The notes: a model not told the origin generated them from the letters alone. Counted from the stretch's first letter, positions 45,438-56,886 are shown. The stretch is 64,000 nt of DNA from Nitrosopumilus sp. (GCA_965205425.1 CBDBGZ010000007.1:53203-117202); one strand, 5' to 3'. Translations and numbers: made by a program.

Positions 45438-45675
45438 CCTTCTTTTTTCTTTTTTGTCTTATAAAATCTATATCGCAATTCCCGTTATTTGCTTACTTGT
45501 AATTTTTTTCATTGTGTTTTTTTCATTTTTTACTCATAGTATAGATAATCTTTTAAAATATGGTCAATGGAAGAATCCATGTGTGAATGTTGATTTATAC
45601 AAAAAAGCAGATCGTATGGATATGATTTTTTATAATGAAAAATTTGATTGTTATTCTACAAAACAATCGGATTAA
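45394..45675 (+). CDS. Small membrane protein
   Basis: One strong TM segment; overlaps the upstream stop. Confidence 0.5.
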   Translation: MLPGGMIQMVKPNLNLLFSFLSYKIYIAIPVICLLVIFFIVFFSFFTHSIDNLLKYGQWKNPCVNVDLYKKADRMDMIFYNEKFDCYSTKQSD

Positions 45676-45691
45676 TAGATCGCAATAACAA

Positions 45692-45990
45692 GGGTGTGTC
45701 CTAAAACTATCCTCTAACATGTTTTGTAACCCCCATCAAATTAACAACTCGTATGTTGTAACAAATTACACGCAACGCCAACTCTTTTCTTTGAACCAAC
45801 TTGTTTTTTGATGACAAGCTATTTCCAAAGATTCTTTTGAGTACTGCAAATACTGATTCAACAAGTGACCTCTTGTGATAATGTCTGTCAAATTCATCTT
45901 GATTGTCCTGGAATAATGTTATCATTTTTTTCCATGATGCAGAGCCTTTGGGATTTCTAACTGTGTTCTTCTTTGGTTTGATGTATGGTA
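45692..45990 (-). mobile_element. IS5-family element type C, 3' remnant
   Basis: Reverse complement of about 31620-31918; cut at a TA by IS630. Confidence 0.9.
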
Positions 45991-47073
45991 TAGCGAAAAG
46001 ATAAAGTTCGTGAACTAAATTATTCCAAAACAAAAAACTTTTTGATCACTATGTATGGTAAAATTTGATGAACAAGTTAGAATCACTTGAAAGCAGCATA
46101 CAAAAAAAACTCCAAGGTTGCAGTAAGGATGCTTGCAGTGTTGATGATTCTAAAGGATGGAAAGGACATACAGTGCACTGCAAAGACACTGCATCGCTGT
46201 ACAAGCTGGGTGAGAAAATGGACGAGTCGTTTTGAGATAGATGGCCTCTACGACCACCCAAGAAGTGGTAGGCCAAGAACAATCTCCCAGACTCGAATGG
46301 ATGCTATCATGTCAAAAGCAATGCTAACTTTGTTTACCCCCATAATGTTGCAACAAAGTATCTTTTATTCCACTGGAGTAAAATTTCACATAACCCACAT
46401 CAGAAAGATAATGCACTAATACGGCATGTCTGCAAAAACTGCACAAAAATATCACATCAACCATGCAAGTATATCTGCTGTGAGAAGCTGGCAACAACGC
46501 ACCAAAAAGAGAATTTCACGCCTAAAAAAGAAAGGATTTGTCATTGCAATGGCTGATGAAGCATTCTTTGTAAGGGATACAAAAACAGGAAAAAAGTACT
46601 GGTCACCAGTTGCCAAGAGAATATTTCTTCCATATACAGGACGACATGAGAGTCTGGCAGTGTATGGTACAATTACAGAAAATGGTAATCAACTATTCAG
46701 AGTTTATGACAAATTCAATGCTGTAACATTTGTAGAGTACCTAAAGGAATTGCATCAGAAATGTGGCAAGATTGCAATCATTTTAGATAGAGCATCAGTT
46801 CACAAATCAAAGAAGGTAAAGGAATACCTTGCAGATAACAGAGATGTCAAACTAATCTGGTTGCCAAAGGGATCACCATACTTGAAGAACATGATAGAGC
46901 AGTGCTGGAAGATAAGCAAATATGCGTTGTTGGTATCAGAATATTATGCAATCTTTACAATAATGAATGATGCAGTGTCCGAATATTTCAGAGTGACAAA
47001 ATTCAAGCTTGATGTTGCAAATTATATCTTTAGAAATCCTGCAAAGATGTTTGCGAACTTTTGATCGTCGCTA
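45991..47073 (+). mobile_element. IS630-family element, copy 2 (both ends, internal stop)
   Basis: TA flanks; TAGCGA...TCGCTA ends; CAA to TAA at 46417. Confidence 0.9.
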
Positions 47074-47410
47074 TATTCATGAAATGAGACATACAGTTAT
47101 GGAATATTTTAGAACGCACAAATTTAATTTGAATATGTATCAGTATTTTGCAAGAACAGTAAATTGAAAAGACTTATGATCTGGGGTATAGTGCAATTTG
47201 TGACAATCCCAAAATCAGACTAAGAAAAATTATAGCAACTACTCTTGTTTTCATACTCTTTACTAAATTCATTATTTGGTTTAAAGAATTCTTTAACAGA
47301 ACAATAAACTTTTCATTTCAGACATTTTCACCAAAAAAAACTGTATAGACACGTTGTTTTACATAGAAACTATTGCAATTATTTATATCTGATTTTGACT
47401 ATTGTATTAC

Positions 47411-47836
47411 ATGAGCAAAGCACTCTTTCCAGGTATTCTGTTATCTTTTCTAGCAGTTGTTATGGTGTTTGGAACTGTTGCTCCTGCCTTTGCAGACTCT
47501 GATGGCAAATCCTACAAAAGATGGGTTGTACCAATTGGCGAGGCCGAAGGAACAATAGAAATTTCTGAGAACACCAACATTGATGATGTTAGAGATCTTG
47601 CAATTTCAGAAGAGCAAGTAAGAGAAGGATATGATGTTGACAAAGCTAAACTCAAAAAGGCTGTAAATGACTCAGGTCAGTATTTCCTCGTGTGGAAACT
47701 AGTTGGCTATACAGATGATAATACAAAGATAAAGTATATTCTTGATGCAGGAACAGGAGAACAACTAACTGAACCAATTATCAAAGAAAAGGGTTCATGC
47801 GGTGACAAAAAATCTTACAGTGAAAAAAACGCATAA
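47411..47836 (+). CDS. Secreted hypothetical protein (possibly PepSY-like)
   Basis: Signal peptide ..PAFA; ILDAGTGEQL motif. Confidence 0.6.
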   Translation: MSKALFPGILLSFLAVVMVFGTVAPAFADSDGKSYKRWVVPIGEAEGTIEISENTNIDDVRDLAISEEQVREGYDVDKAKLKKAVNDSGQYFLVWKLVGYTDDNTKIKYILDAGTGEQLTEPIIKEKGSCGDKKSYSEKNA

Positions 47837-47855
47837 ACAATTTTTCTGATTTGAA

Positions 47856-48218
47856 ATGAATAAACTAGACGTTCTATTTTATGCAGCAGCAACAACTGCA
47901 ATTGCAGGAATAATACATGTTGTTTTAGGATATGATTCTAGTAGAATCAACACACAGATCTTATTTCTTGTTGGCGGTGCAGCACAAATCTTTTGGGCCG
48001 TTCCAATGGCAAGAAAATGAGGACCTGTACGGTATAGTGTAGGTCTTGGAGGAACAATTATCTTTATTCTAATTTGGGTAATAACTAGAATTCCTGATAA
48101 TTTCATCACTGGAAGAGGTGGACGAATAAGCGACAATGGAATTCTAACTGAAGTATTCCAAATTGCTTTTGTTGGAATTGTTATTGCAATTATGGTATTG
48201 ATTAGTAAAAAAACCTGA
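47856..48218 (+). pseudogene. Four-TM membrane protein with in-frame TGA at 48018
   Basis: MNKLDVLFYAAATTAIAGIIH..ARK*GPVRY..ITRIPDNFITGRGG..; one frame throughout. Confidence 0.7.
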
Positions 48219-48539
48219 TCGCAAATCACAAAAAATTACAATTTTACATTGATGAAAATTGATTTTTCTGGTTTTTCGCCAGTCACACCAATCCAGAATT
48301 TTCCGATCTAGAATTGTTTTTCTAGCAATACTGTTTTTTCCTATTCCCTCTTCTAAAACTTGATCCTTCATGGCAGTCACATTTACAAGATTTATCATTA
48401 CAAAATCCATCATTATTTTTTATCATGTACTAATTAGACGAGACATGGGCATAACTAATTCTAATTTTTGAGTCAATTCTCAAATTATTCAAATAGAAAA
48501 AGCTAAGGATCTTATCATGTTTTGTTCATTGGAATGTCA

Positions 48540-49406
48540 AAACAAATGAAAATCCCTAGGGCAAGATTCTATCGGAATCATTTCTTATTGGCGTGTTACA
48601 TTTGGTGGGAATGTTGTCTTTGTATGAGGAAGTATTCAGATCGGGTAGACCATACGTGTATCCAACCATCCAGATGGTGCAACTGTTCATCATAAAGTCA
48701 TGGATGAGAATTCCAAGCAACAATACATTACATTATTTTCTTTTGACTAAAGGTATCAATGATAAATTGCTCAAGGTTTGCAGACTAACTCAAATTCCAA
48801 ACAGAAGAACCATTGACAGGAGATTCCAAGTTCTGCCAATTGGTGATATAATCAGTAATATGGGAAGTCTGTTTGTATCAGAGAAACTAGTCGATGACAT
48901 ATCTGCATCAGTGGATAGTTCCATGCTAAAAGCTGCAGGTCCAGTATGGCACAAATCAGATATGAAAAAGAATAGAATTCCAATCTCAGGAATTGACACA
49001 GATGCAAAATGGGGTTTTTCAAAATCAAAGGGTTGGGTATTTGGGTACAAACTGCATATGAGTTGTAGTACTGGCAAACTGGTTGTTCCACTATCTGCTG
49101 ATGTCTCAACTGCAAATGTTTCTGATGGTAAAATGTATGAAACGTTAGTCAAACCACTTGCAGGACTGGTTGGGAATATTTTATGTGATCCAGCATATGA
49201 TGATAAATCATTATATCAGTTTAGTGATCAGAGACATTTGAGATTGATTTGTCCTATCAAAATATATCCATCAACACCACCAGAGCGAATCAAACTTGCA
49301 GATTTTTATAATTCTGTAATTGGTCAAGAGTTATACTCACAAAGAAAAGTTTCAATTGAACCTTTATTTGAAATATTCAAAGATACGTTCAACATTAGAA
49401 CTGTAC
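48540..49406 (+). mobile_element. DDE (IS4/IS5/IS982-like) transposase remnant, truncated by type B IS
   Basis: VDSS, DTDAKWG..GYKLH, CDPAYD, RKVSIEPLF motifs; left boundary uncertain. Confidence 0.75.
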
Positions 49407-50380
49407 GGCCTTGTAGAAACCATCTGATTTTAACCCAATTGTGATACATTTTAGCTAATTTAGATCCATTAGGATTGTATTTGCAGATTACAGTATGGTC
49501 TCATCATACGTCAAAATGTGCAAAACACTACTCAATATAATCACCAGATGCAGAATTCCCAGGTTCTTACATCCAAAATCAAATCATATCTATTCTGTTT
49601 GGACACATCTCATACTCTTGGCAATACGACAGTACGAATCAAAGAGTTATAGAAGATTTACAGAATTTTTAGAAGAATGTGTAGGAATTCAGGAATATCT
49701 TGGTTTGTCTACCATTCCACATTACACCACACTACAAAAGGCAGCTGCAAGACTGGAAGGAAATCTGTTACATAAAATGTTGCAGGAATTCATTTTGTAC
49801 AAAAAAGTCAGACTGGTTCTAGCTGGAATTGATGGTAGCGGATTCAGTTACAGTACAGCATCATACTATTATACAAAAAGAGTACAGTTACGCAGGAATT
49901 TCCTAAAAGTTGTTGTTTGTGCTGACATGAATACACAGCTTGTTTGCTGTGTCATGACACACCACAACATGCAACATGATAATCCTGATTTTCTGCCATT
50001 GTTGTACAAAACCAACAATATTGTTCCAGTTGATATTGTGTTAGGTGACATGGGTTTTGATGATGAGAATAACCATGTCGGTGCAGAACAGATCAACACA
50101 GCTGCAATAATTCCAACTCGATATGGAACAGTTCCAATTTACAGAACCAGCGGAATTCACAGAAAGGAGATGAAGAGGAACTTTCCTGTACAATTGTACC
50201 ATCAGAGAAACAAATCTGAAACAATCTTTTTTGTGATCAAACAGATAATGTCAGGAGATGTCACATCAAGAAATGCTACAACTCAGGACAATGAGATGAT
50301 GTTGTACAGGTTAATTGCATACAATGCTTACAGGATTAGAAAATTAGATTTTGTTATTTTATTATGGTTTCTACAAGGCC
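49407..50380 (+). mobile_element. IS5/IS4-like DDE element type B, copy 2
   Basis: Same IRs; near-identical to 11434-12404 plus 3 bp; no TSD. Confidence 0.9.
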
Positions 50381-50625
50381 AAAAATTTCATATCTTTATC
50401 ATTTTTCATCTCCTCTTGTTTTATTGCATACCATTCAGTAAATTCTGGAATGGCATGGAATTCTTTTTGCATGACCAAAGTGATATTTCTTGCTAGTGAA
50501 ATGAATGAATTAAGATTTGCAAGGAATAGATTTGGTTTTTCTTTTGGGGATTTATTCATCTGATTATACATGTGCATGGTTTCTATCAATCTCTGTATTG
50601 TTGCACCCATAGTATTTCCATCCAA
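50381..50625 (-). pseudogene. Hypothetical gene 3'-truncated by IS
   Basis: ANLNSFISLARNITLVMQKEF..EWY..DMKF runs into the IS IR. Confidence 0.55.
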
Positions 50626-50693
50626 GTTACTCTAAATATCAGATTCTATGGTGTCTTCGGTTGTTTTTTTTGTGTTGATTCTCGGTTGATAAA

Positions 50694-50930
50694 TTAAGTT
50701 GTAGGGTGATTATCCTTTTGTTCTTTGCATTCTTTTAGTTTTTGCTGTAATTCTAAAATATATGATGCAACATATTTTGCTTGTTCATCATTTTCTATAT
50801 TTTTTATCGCATCAATCATAATTCGCAGTCGCTCTTCTTTTGAGACAATTCCACAAATCATCTCCATGTTTGGTGTCTTAATGTGTCTGGTAATTTTTTC
50901 AAACTTTTCAGAATCTGGTTTGGACTTCAT
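50694..50930 (-). CDS. Hypothetical protein
   Basis: 78-aa ATG ORF. Confidence 0.5.
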   Translation of the reverse strand: MKSKPDSEKFEKITRHIKTPNMEMICGIVSKEERLRIMIDAIKNIENDEQAKYVASYILELQQKLKECKEQKDNHPTT

Positions 50931-50950
50931 AATAAAAAAAGAGGATAGGG

Positions 50951-51658
50951 TTATAGAATGTGTTGTTTAGACATTGGCCAAGAAAGACTGCTCTCGTAGT
51001 AACCAGTTGTTTTAAAGTACCACCATTCGCCTTGATCAAATGTATCACCAGGACAAATGAACATGTTTGTGCCGTAACTGCTTACAGAGAAATACCCATA
51101 GCATCCTTCTTGAGTATTCCATATGTTGTCTGCATAGATCTTTAGTTGATCATTCCAATCTTGATCAATACAATTTGGAAATGATCCAGTACTTATTGGA
51201 TTGGCATAGTTATGGGTCAGATAAAACCTGTCATTACCATAAACTACATAGCCGTGTGCACTTGCAGCCTCACTATTCTGATCACAACCAGTACGACTGC
51301 TAGTAATGCTGATTGTTCCATATGAACTTGAAGAGAAAGAAGATACACTAGCATCTTCATCTAATGTACTTTCAGCAGTAACTATGGCATCACCATTATT
51401 GTATTTGTCATTTATTTTCATTGCTTTTGCAATAATTTTTGTCTGGATCTCTTTCCATTTGGATATTTTTTTCTCATTAGAAGAATTGTCAATTTTTGTC
51501 TGGAGTTTCTCATAACGATTCTTTAATGCGTCAAGTTTCTTCTGATCCTGTACTTCTATGTCTTCTTCTGCTACTGCAAAATCCATTGCACTAAATGGAA
51601 GAATCATTGCGGCAATAATTCCTGCAAACAAAAGTGTCTTGATGTCTTTTGAAGTCAT
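50951..51658 (-). CDS. Secreted hypothetical protein
   Basis: KTLLFAGIIAAMILPFSAMDFAVAE signal, coiled coil, Cys-containing C-terminal domain. Confidence 0.7.
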   Translation of the reverse strand: MTSKDIKTLLFAGIIAAMILPFSAMDFAVAEEDIEVQDQKKLDALKNRYEKLQTKIDNSSNEKKISKWKEIQTKIIAKAMKINDKYNNGDAIVTAESTLDEDASVSSFSSSSYGTISITSSRTGCDQNSEAASAHGYVVYGNDRFYLTHNYANPISTGSFPNCIDQDWNDQLKIYADNIWNTQEGCYGYFSVSSYGTNMFICPGDTFDQGEWWYFKTTGYYESSLSWPMSKQHIL

Positions 51659-51734
51659 TATTTCTTTTTTCTTTATCATTGTCGACTGGAAATATGGCAA
51701 CAATATAAAGAATGCCAAACATACAAAATTCGTA

Positions 51735-51898
51735 TTTCAGTCCAAAATTCCTTGCGATAAGCTTCTGAATATGAGTGCAGTCCGTCAGTGATGATTACTT
51801 TTGGTTTGGTCCCAGTAACTTTTTTTCCCATTCTAAAAAGATGAGATGCATCTGCACCTTCCTTTTTGTTTAAAACTTCTTGTGCTATCCAGAAACAA
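51735..51898 (-). mobile_element. IS6-like transposase fragment
   Basis: FWIAQEV..KPKVIITDGLHSY motif; boundaries approximate. Confidence 0.65.
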
Positions 51899-52940
51899 TG
51901 TTCTTTCCAGAAATTATTTCGTGTCACTTTCATGAGTAATTCCTCCATAGAATGCTTGGGTCTATGAGTATTTCGTTTGTTATCATCTTGGAGTGATACG
52001 CATCAGATGGTGTCTCCATGTTATCCAAGTCTAGTGCGCCATGAACTCTAATGTGATTGTACCAATGCATAAACTGCTCCACTGACTCAAAGTATTCTAT
52101 TTTACACTCAAAGATATCCCAGAACTTTTCTAGCTTACCATTTGTTTGTGGATGTCTCACTCTTGTACGAGAGTGCTTTACGTGATGTCTCATTAGTTGC
52201 TGCTCAAAGTCTACTGGCTTGTTATGATCAAGAGTATTGACATTTGATGTGAACTGTTTTCCATTATCAGATAGTACAGATGCTGGTCTACCGTGATTCT
52301 TTATTGCATCAGATAGTACTTCAGAAGAATTCACAGATGTTGCCTCATCATACACTCCGAAACCCGTGATAAATCGTGAGGCATCATCTTCAAATGCAAT
52401 TAGTTGTTTTCCTGCCCAGCGTGAATCATGTATTGTGTGCCAGTCAGTATGCCACAGTGAATTTGAATATTCACGTTCATACCTGATCCACTTTCTTCTC
52501 ATCTTTTTCCGTGGTTGCTCAACTGATAATCCTTCATCTAGCATAATCTTGTGGATGCGATTGTGGTTTATCTTGGTATTGTACAATTTTGATATGATTT
52601 TCTCAAGGTATAGTGCGTTTGTATGAAATTTTTCTTGAACTTGTTTGACTAGCTCTATCTCGTGTACAGTGACTGGCTTTTTTGGACGCCCTGGTCTTTT
52701 GAGTGTGGGAATCTTTTTGGTTTTTTTGTACTGAGAGTAGACTTGTTGTACTCTTCTAGGCGTTATCTTGAGGATTACTGAAATATCTAAATTCTTGACT
52801 TTTTCATTTTTAGATTGTATAATCCACCTGATCTTATTCTCATCTAACTTTACCATAGGTATGCCACGATACCCACGCATACGATAGTATGGGAATGATG
52901 CTCTCCTAGTTAAGGGGTGAAATAATTTCCGGAAAAGATA
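51899..52940 (-). mobile_element. IS481-family element type B, copy 1 (transposase 51930-52880)
   Basis: WHTD, SDNGKQF, PQTNGKLE motifs; imperfect IRs; 1042 bp; no TSD. Confidence 0.92.
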
Positions 52941-52991
52941 TCAGCCTAAATAATGCGTATTCATTAAATACGGCAATTTTTTACAAACATT

Positions 52992-53129
52992 ATGTCAAAT
53001 CAAAAATGCGTATCATGCGGAATTGGTTTCTTTTCCCCAACGGGTTCAGACAAATGTTCCAAATGTGCAGGAACAGAATCCCAAGGACATGAAGGTCATG
53101 ATTCCTGTGGTTGTGGACACAGCCATTAA
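52992..53129 (+). CDS. 45-aa Cys/His-rich metal-binding peptide
   Basis: MSNQKCVSCGIGFFSPTGSDKCSKCAGTESQGHEGHDSCGCGHSH translated by hand. Confidence 0.65.
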   Translation: MSNQKCVSCGIGFFSPTGSDKCSKCAGTESQGHEGHDSCGCGHSH

Positions 53130-53178
53130 TTCTTTTTTTCTATAGCATGCATATATTGAACATGAGGTGATTAAATTC

Positions 53179-53691
53179 ATGACAAAGACATCATCAGAAA
53201 TGAAAGACTTGGTTGAAGATTTTATCAAAGTTACCAACATCAAATACGAGGATCAAACTGAAAAAATTCAAGAAAAAAGCAAGGTTATTGACTGGCAATT
53301 TCACGTGGGAACAAATGTCATAGTTAGTAAGAACACAAACAGATCGGATAGAATTCATGTAAATGTAAACATGCGTTTTCCACCTCAAGATTCAAAATTA
53401 TTGGTGATGAAAAACCCATCATTTTCTAAAGCAATTATGGAGATAAGTGAAATTTGTACTACATGTAATGTGGGTCATCAATGGATTAAAGATGGAGAGA
53501 ATATCGCAGGTTTGGCAGTATTCTCCCACGTAGATGAGCAAGTTCTAGATAGAGTATCATTTCATAATACTTGGGATAATGTTGCCAGAGTTTCAGGACA
53601 TGTTCAAAAAATCTTACGTTCTAATTTCAGTGGACTTTCAACCCAAAATAACACCACAGATGCAACAATTGACAAGTCGATGTATGGCTAA
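53179..53691 (+). CDS. Hypothetical protein (possibly DUF2299-like)
   Basis: GAGGTGA upstream; C-terminal ..SMYG. Confidence 0.6.
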   Translation: MTKTSSEMKDLVEDFIKVTNIKYEDQTEKIQEKSKVIDWQFHVGTNVIVSKNTNRSDRIHVNVNMRFPPQDSKLLVMKNPSFSKAIMEISEICTTCNVGHQWIKDGENIAGLAVFSHVDEQVLDRVSFHNTWDNVARVSGHVQKILRSNFSGLSTQNNTTDATIDKSMYG

Positions 53692-53712
53692 ACAAGAGAC
53701 AACATATACAAA

Positions 53713-54793
53713 AGACCTCTTGCGTAATTAGACATATTTTACCATATTACACAAATTCCTTCACAGCAAGATCCAAAGCTAAGAACAACCTAACGCATTT
53801 CATGTTAACATACAAGCAACTCTCAAAAAAGCCAAGATCACTTCTCTCTTTTACTGGAGTGACTAGGCAACAGTTTGATGTGATTCTAAAGGATGTCAGA
53901 AAGAATCACCGTATAGAAGAAAAGAAGAGATTATCCAAAGCAAAGAGAAAAAGAAGTATCGGAGCTGGGCGAAAGTTTGATTTGAGTCTTGAAGACCAGC
54001 TTGTAATGTTGTTTGTTTACTATCGGATGTACCTGACATGTGAATTGACAGGATATCTGTTTGGATTAGACCAGAGCAACGTCTACAGAAACATCAGGTA
54101 TTTAGAGCCTGCAGTGAGAAAAACAGTTCCTATTCCTGCAAAACTATACTCTGATTCTAAAAAAATAAATGATGTACAGCAACTCCAACTGTTCTTTCCA
54201 GAATTGATTGCAATGACTGATGGTACTGAACAACCAATCCCAAGACCCCAGAACAAAAAGAAAAGAAAGACTCACTATTCAGGCAAAAAGAAAAAACACA
54301 CAATAAAAAACCAAATCACCATAAACCAGAAAGGTGAGATAATCCACAAACCCCATGGTAGAATGCTGATTTGATCTTCAAAATCTTTTTCCACTCCCAA
54401 ATACCCAAGGTCATAAAATATCATCACATCTTCGTGTAGTGTAGGATACTTTATTTTCAGTATGGCATAATCATGTTTTTTACCTGGAGAATGATACAAG
54501 AAAAAGAAAGGAAAAAAACTGACCATACATCAAAAGGAATGGAACAAGATACAGTCAAGAATCCGAATAAAAGTAGAACATATTATCTCTCAAATCAAAA
54601 AGTTTAGGATTAATTCTGAGACATTTAGGAATAGATTGTGCAGATATGATGCAATAAGTAACATCGTATGTGGAATTGTGAATTTCAAGACAAGATGGAA
54701 GCAAGAGTTTGTTGTGATTCCATAAGATTAGAAATTATTTGAAATTAAATTCAATGAAAGATAAGATTTTGTTTGTAATTACGCAAGAGGTCT
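53713..54793 (+). mobile_element. IS5-family element type D, copy 2, with internal inversion
   Basis: Same IRs as 43059-44134; 54356-54493 inverted; no TSD. Confidence 0.88.
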
Positions 54794-54803
54794 AGTAGAG
54801 ACA

Positions 54804-55460
54804 ATGGAGGTAAATTATTTTCAAAACCCTAATGGATATTTGGCAAAGCCTGCTGCAGATGGAGAATTTCCTGCAGTCATAATGATTCATGAATGGTGGG
54901 GATTAAATGAAAATATTCATGACATGGCAGAAAAACTAGCTTCTCATGGATACATTGTGTTTGCAGTTGACTTGTATGGTGGACAAGTGGCCACAACTTC
55001 AGATGAAGCACGTGAGCTAAGAAGTTCATTTGAGGAACAGTATTGGATTGAAAACATGAATGTTGCAACAAAATATCTTCAAGAACAGTATTCACCTGAA
55101 AAGATTGGTTCAATTGGATGGTGTTTTGGTGGACAGCAATCACTCAACCTTGCATTAAACAATGAAGATATGGATGCCACTGCAATCTATTATGGAAGAC
55201 TAGTCACAGAACCTGAAACATTATCATCAATTGATTGGCCAATACTAGGTATTTTTGCAGAGCTTGACCAAGGGATCCCTCCTGAACAAGTAAATGAGTT
55301 TGAATCTGCATTAAACGAAGTTGGCATTACTAATAACATTCACATCTATCCAGGAGTAGATCATGCGTTTGCAAACCCATCAGATGAGAGATATGCTCCT
55401 GAAGCTACAATGGATGCATGGCAAAAGACAATAGAATTTTTTGAAGAGAATCTAAAATAA
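54804..55460 (+). CDS. Dienelactone hydrolase family protein (N-terminus possibly clipped by IS)
   Basis: IHEWWGLN, GWCFGG, YPGVDHAFAN motifs. Confidence 0.92.
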   Translation: MEVNYFQNPNGYLAKPAADGEFPAVIMIHEWWGLNENIHDMAEKLASHGYIVFAVDLYGGQVATTSDEARELRSSFEEQYWIENMNVATKYLQEQYSPEKIGSIGWCFGGQQSLNLALNNEDMDATAIYYGRLVTEPETLSSIDWPILGIFAELDQGIPPEQVNEFESALNEVGITNNIHIYPGVDHAFANPSDERYAPEATMDAWQKTIEFFEENLK

Positions 55461-55647
55461 TATGTTAAAAATTGGGTTTGAATCCGTAAAGATTTGAACT
55501 AATTTTGGGCAATACCAGTGGCGGCATCAAACTAATTTCACAAAACTCGCCCCCGGTATTTGAAAAATCAATCATAGTAAAATTATGGACCACAGGCCAA
55601 CTCTTTTCAATTGAAAGTTTGGCCATGCATTAAAACCACAACAAAAG

Positions 55648-55754
55648 TGTCGTGAATCTGTCGTGTTTTTGTCGTGTTTTGCAAAAATTTGTGCCTAAAA
55701 ATACGACACAACAACAGAAAACCTATAGCTTTTTTGTCGTGTCGTGTTGTCGTG
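55648..55754. repeat. Cluster of TGTCGTG motifs (iteron-like)
   Basis: Direct copies at 55648, 55659, 55670, 55735, 55740, 55748; inverted variant at 55702. Confidence 0.8.
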
Positions 55755-56008
55755 ACGTATTGTTTTTGTGGATGACCCCCTATCACTAAATGGTGTTAAA
55801 CCATTAGTATTCACAATCAGTTTACGCGCATATAGAAGATTGTACCAATATGATAAATCCCTATGACTATTTTTACAAAAGAGATTATAGATAATCAGTA
55901 AAAACAATAGCCCCTTCCTTTACGCGTAAATTTGTGACAGTGACTAAAGATGTGACATGGTGTGTTTTGTTGGAATTTAATTATAACAAAGTGTATCCAT
56001 TCTAAAAC

Positions 56009-56227
56009 ATGTCAAGAAAAGATTTCAACAATCAAGCAATTCTAAAACGTCTTGTAGATGTCAAAGCAGAATGCAAAAGATGTCATAAAACTGCTCATCA
56101 GACCCAATTGAATCTACATCACAAAGATGGAGATTCAAGCAATGACGACTGGACAAACATGGTAATCTATTGCAATGCATGTCACAATGATGTAGAAGAT
56201 ACCATCCCACAACATCGTGACGAATAG
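56009..56227 (+). CDS. Small HNH endonuclease
   Basis: CxxC..LHHKDGD..N....N....CxxCH. Confidence 0.85.
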   Translation: MSRKDFNNQAILKRLVDVKAECKRCHKTAHQTQLNLHHKDGDSSNDDWTNMVIYCNACHNDVEDTIPQHRDE

Positions 56228-56273
56228 ACTTGAATAAAAGAAACCATTACAATGTAAAAATTTTGGATTATAT

Positions 56274-56435
56274 TTACTGTTTTAAATCATCATCGTCATC
56301 ATCATCATCGTCATCATCATCATCGTCATCAAAAATATCATTCAGATGTTTATTTCTATAATTCCATAACCATACTGTCATTAGGATTGATGGCCCTCCC
56401 CAAATAAACATCCAAAAATGCCTATCATCATTCAT
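56274..56435 (-). CDS. 53-aa peptide with hydrophobic segment and Asp15 tail
   Basis: MNDDRHFWMFIWGGPSILMTVWLWNYRNKHLNDIF-D15-LKQ translated by hand. Confidence 0.5.
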   Translation of the reverse strand: MNDDRHFWMFIWGGPSILMTVWLWNYRNKHLNDIFDDDDDDDDDDDDDDDLKQ

Positions 56436-56500
56436 AGATTGTACTGAAAATGAAATTATACTGCTATTATTACTAAGTAAAAGCTAAATCTTGTTTGAAA

Positions 56501-56845
56501 TTATGTTTTCTTTCTTTCTAGACTGACTTTCTTCTTGTTTTTTCGTGGAAGATGCTGAGTTATCAAAATGTTTCCACCCATCCAAAATAAAAATATCATA
56601 AAACCAAACTCCATTGTTATCAATGATAGATTATGTTCATAATCAAAAGTACTAGGATAATCGTTTAAAATCTCATATGTGTAAAGTTGGTTCATTCCTT
56701 TAGCAAATTCTATTCCTGACAGAATTCCTAAAAAAATTATCACACATGAAAAAATTGTCAAAGTTATGGTCTCTATTTTTTTATTTTTTTTCATATTATC
56801 TTCATAATACAGACTAGCAATAGTCGTTATAGTCCTTTTGTACAT
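56501..56845 (-). CDS. Two-TM membrane protein
   Basis: Two hydrophobic helices and basic tail. Confidence 0.55.
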   Translation of the reverse strand: MYKRTITTIASLYYEDNMKKNKKIETITLTIFSCVIIFLGILSGIEFAKGMNQLYTYEILNDYPSTFDYEHNLSLITMEFGFMIFLFWMGGNILITQHLPRKNKKKVSLERKKT

Positions 56846-56886
56846 GGAAAGTTAGATTTTTTATAACTCAAACATTATTTTTAATA

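Noticed and set aside
48018..48020. TGA recoding as Trp or Sec (also 17570)
   Set aside because: TGA is a normal stop in core genes such as grpE, dnaK and sucC; simple TGG-to-TGA mutation suffices
47879..48229. 116-aa minus-strand ORF
   Set aside because: Shadow of the plus-strand membrane-protein pseudogene
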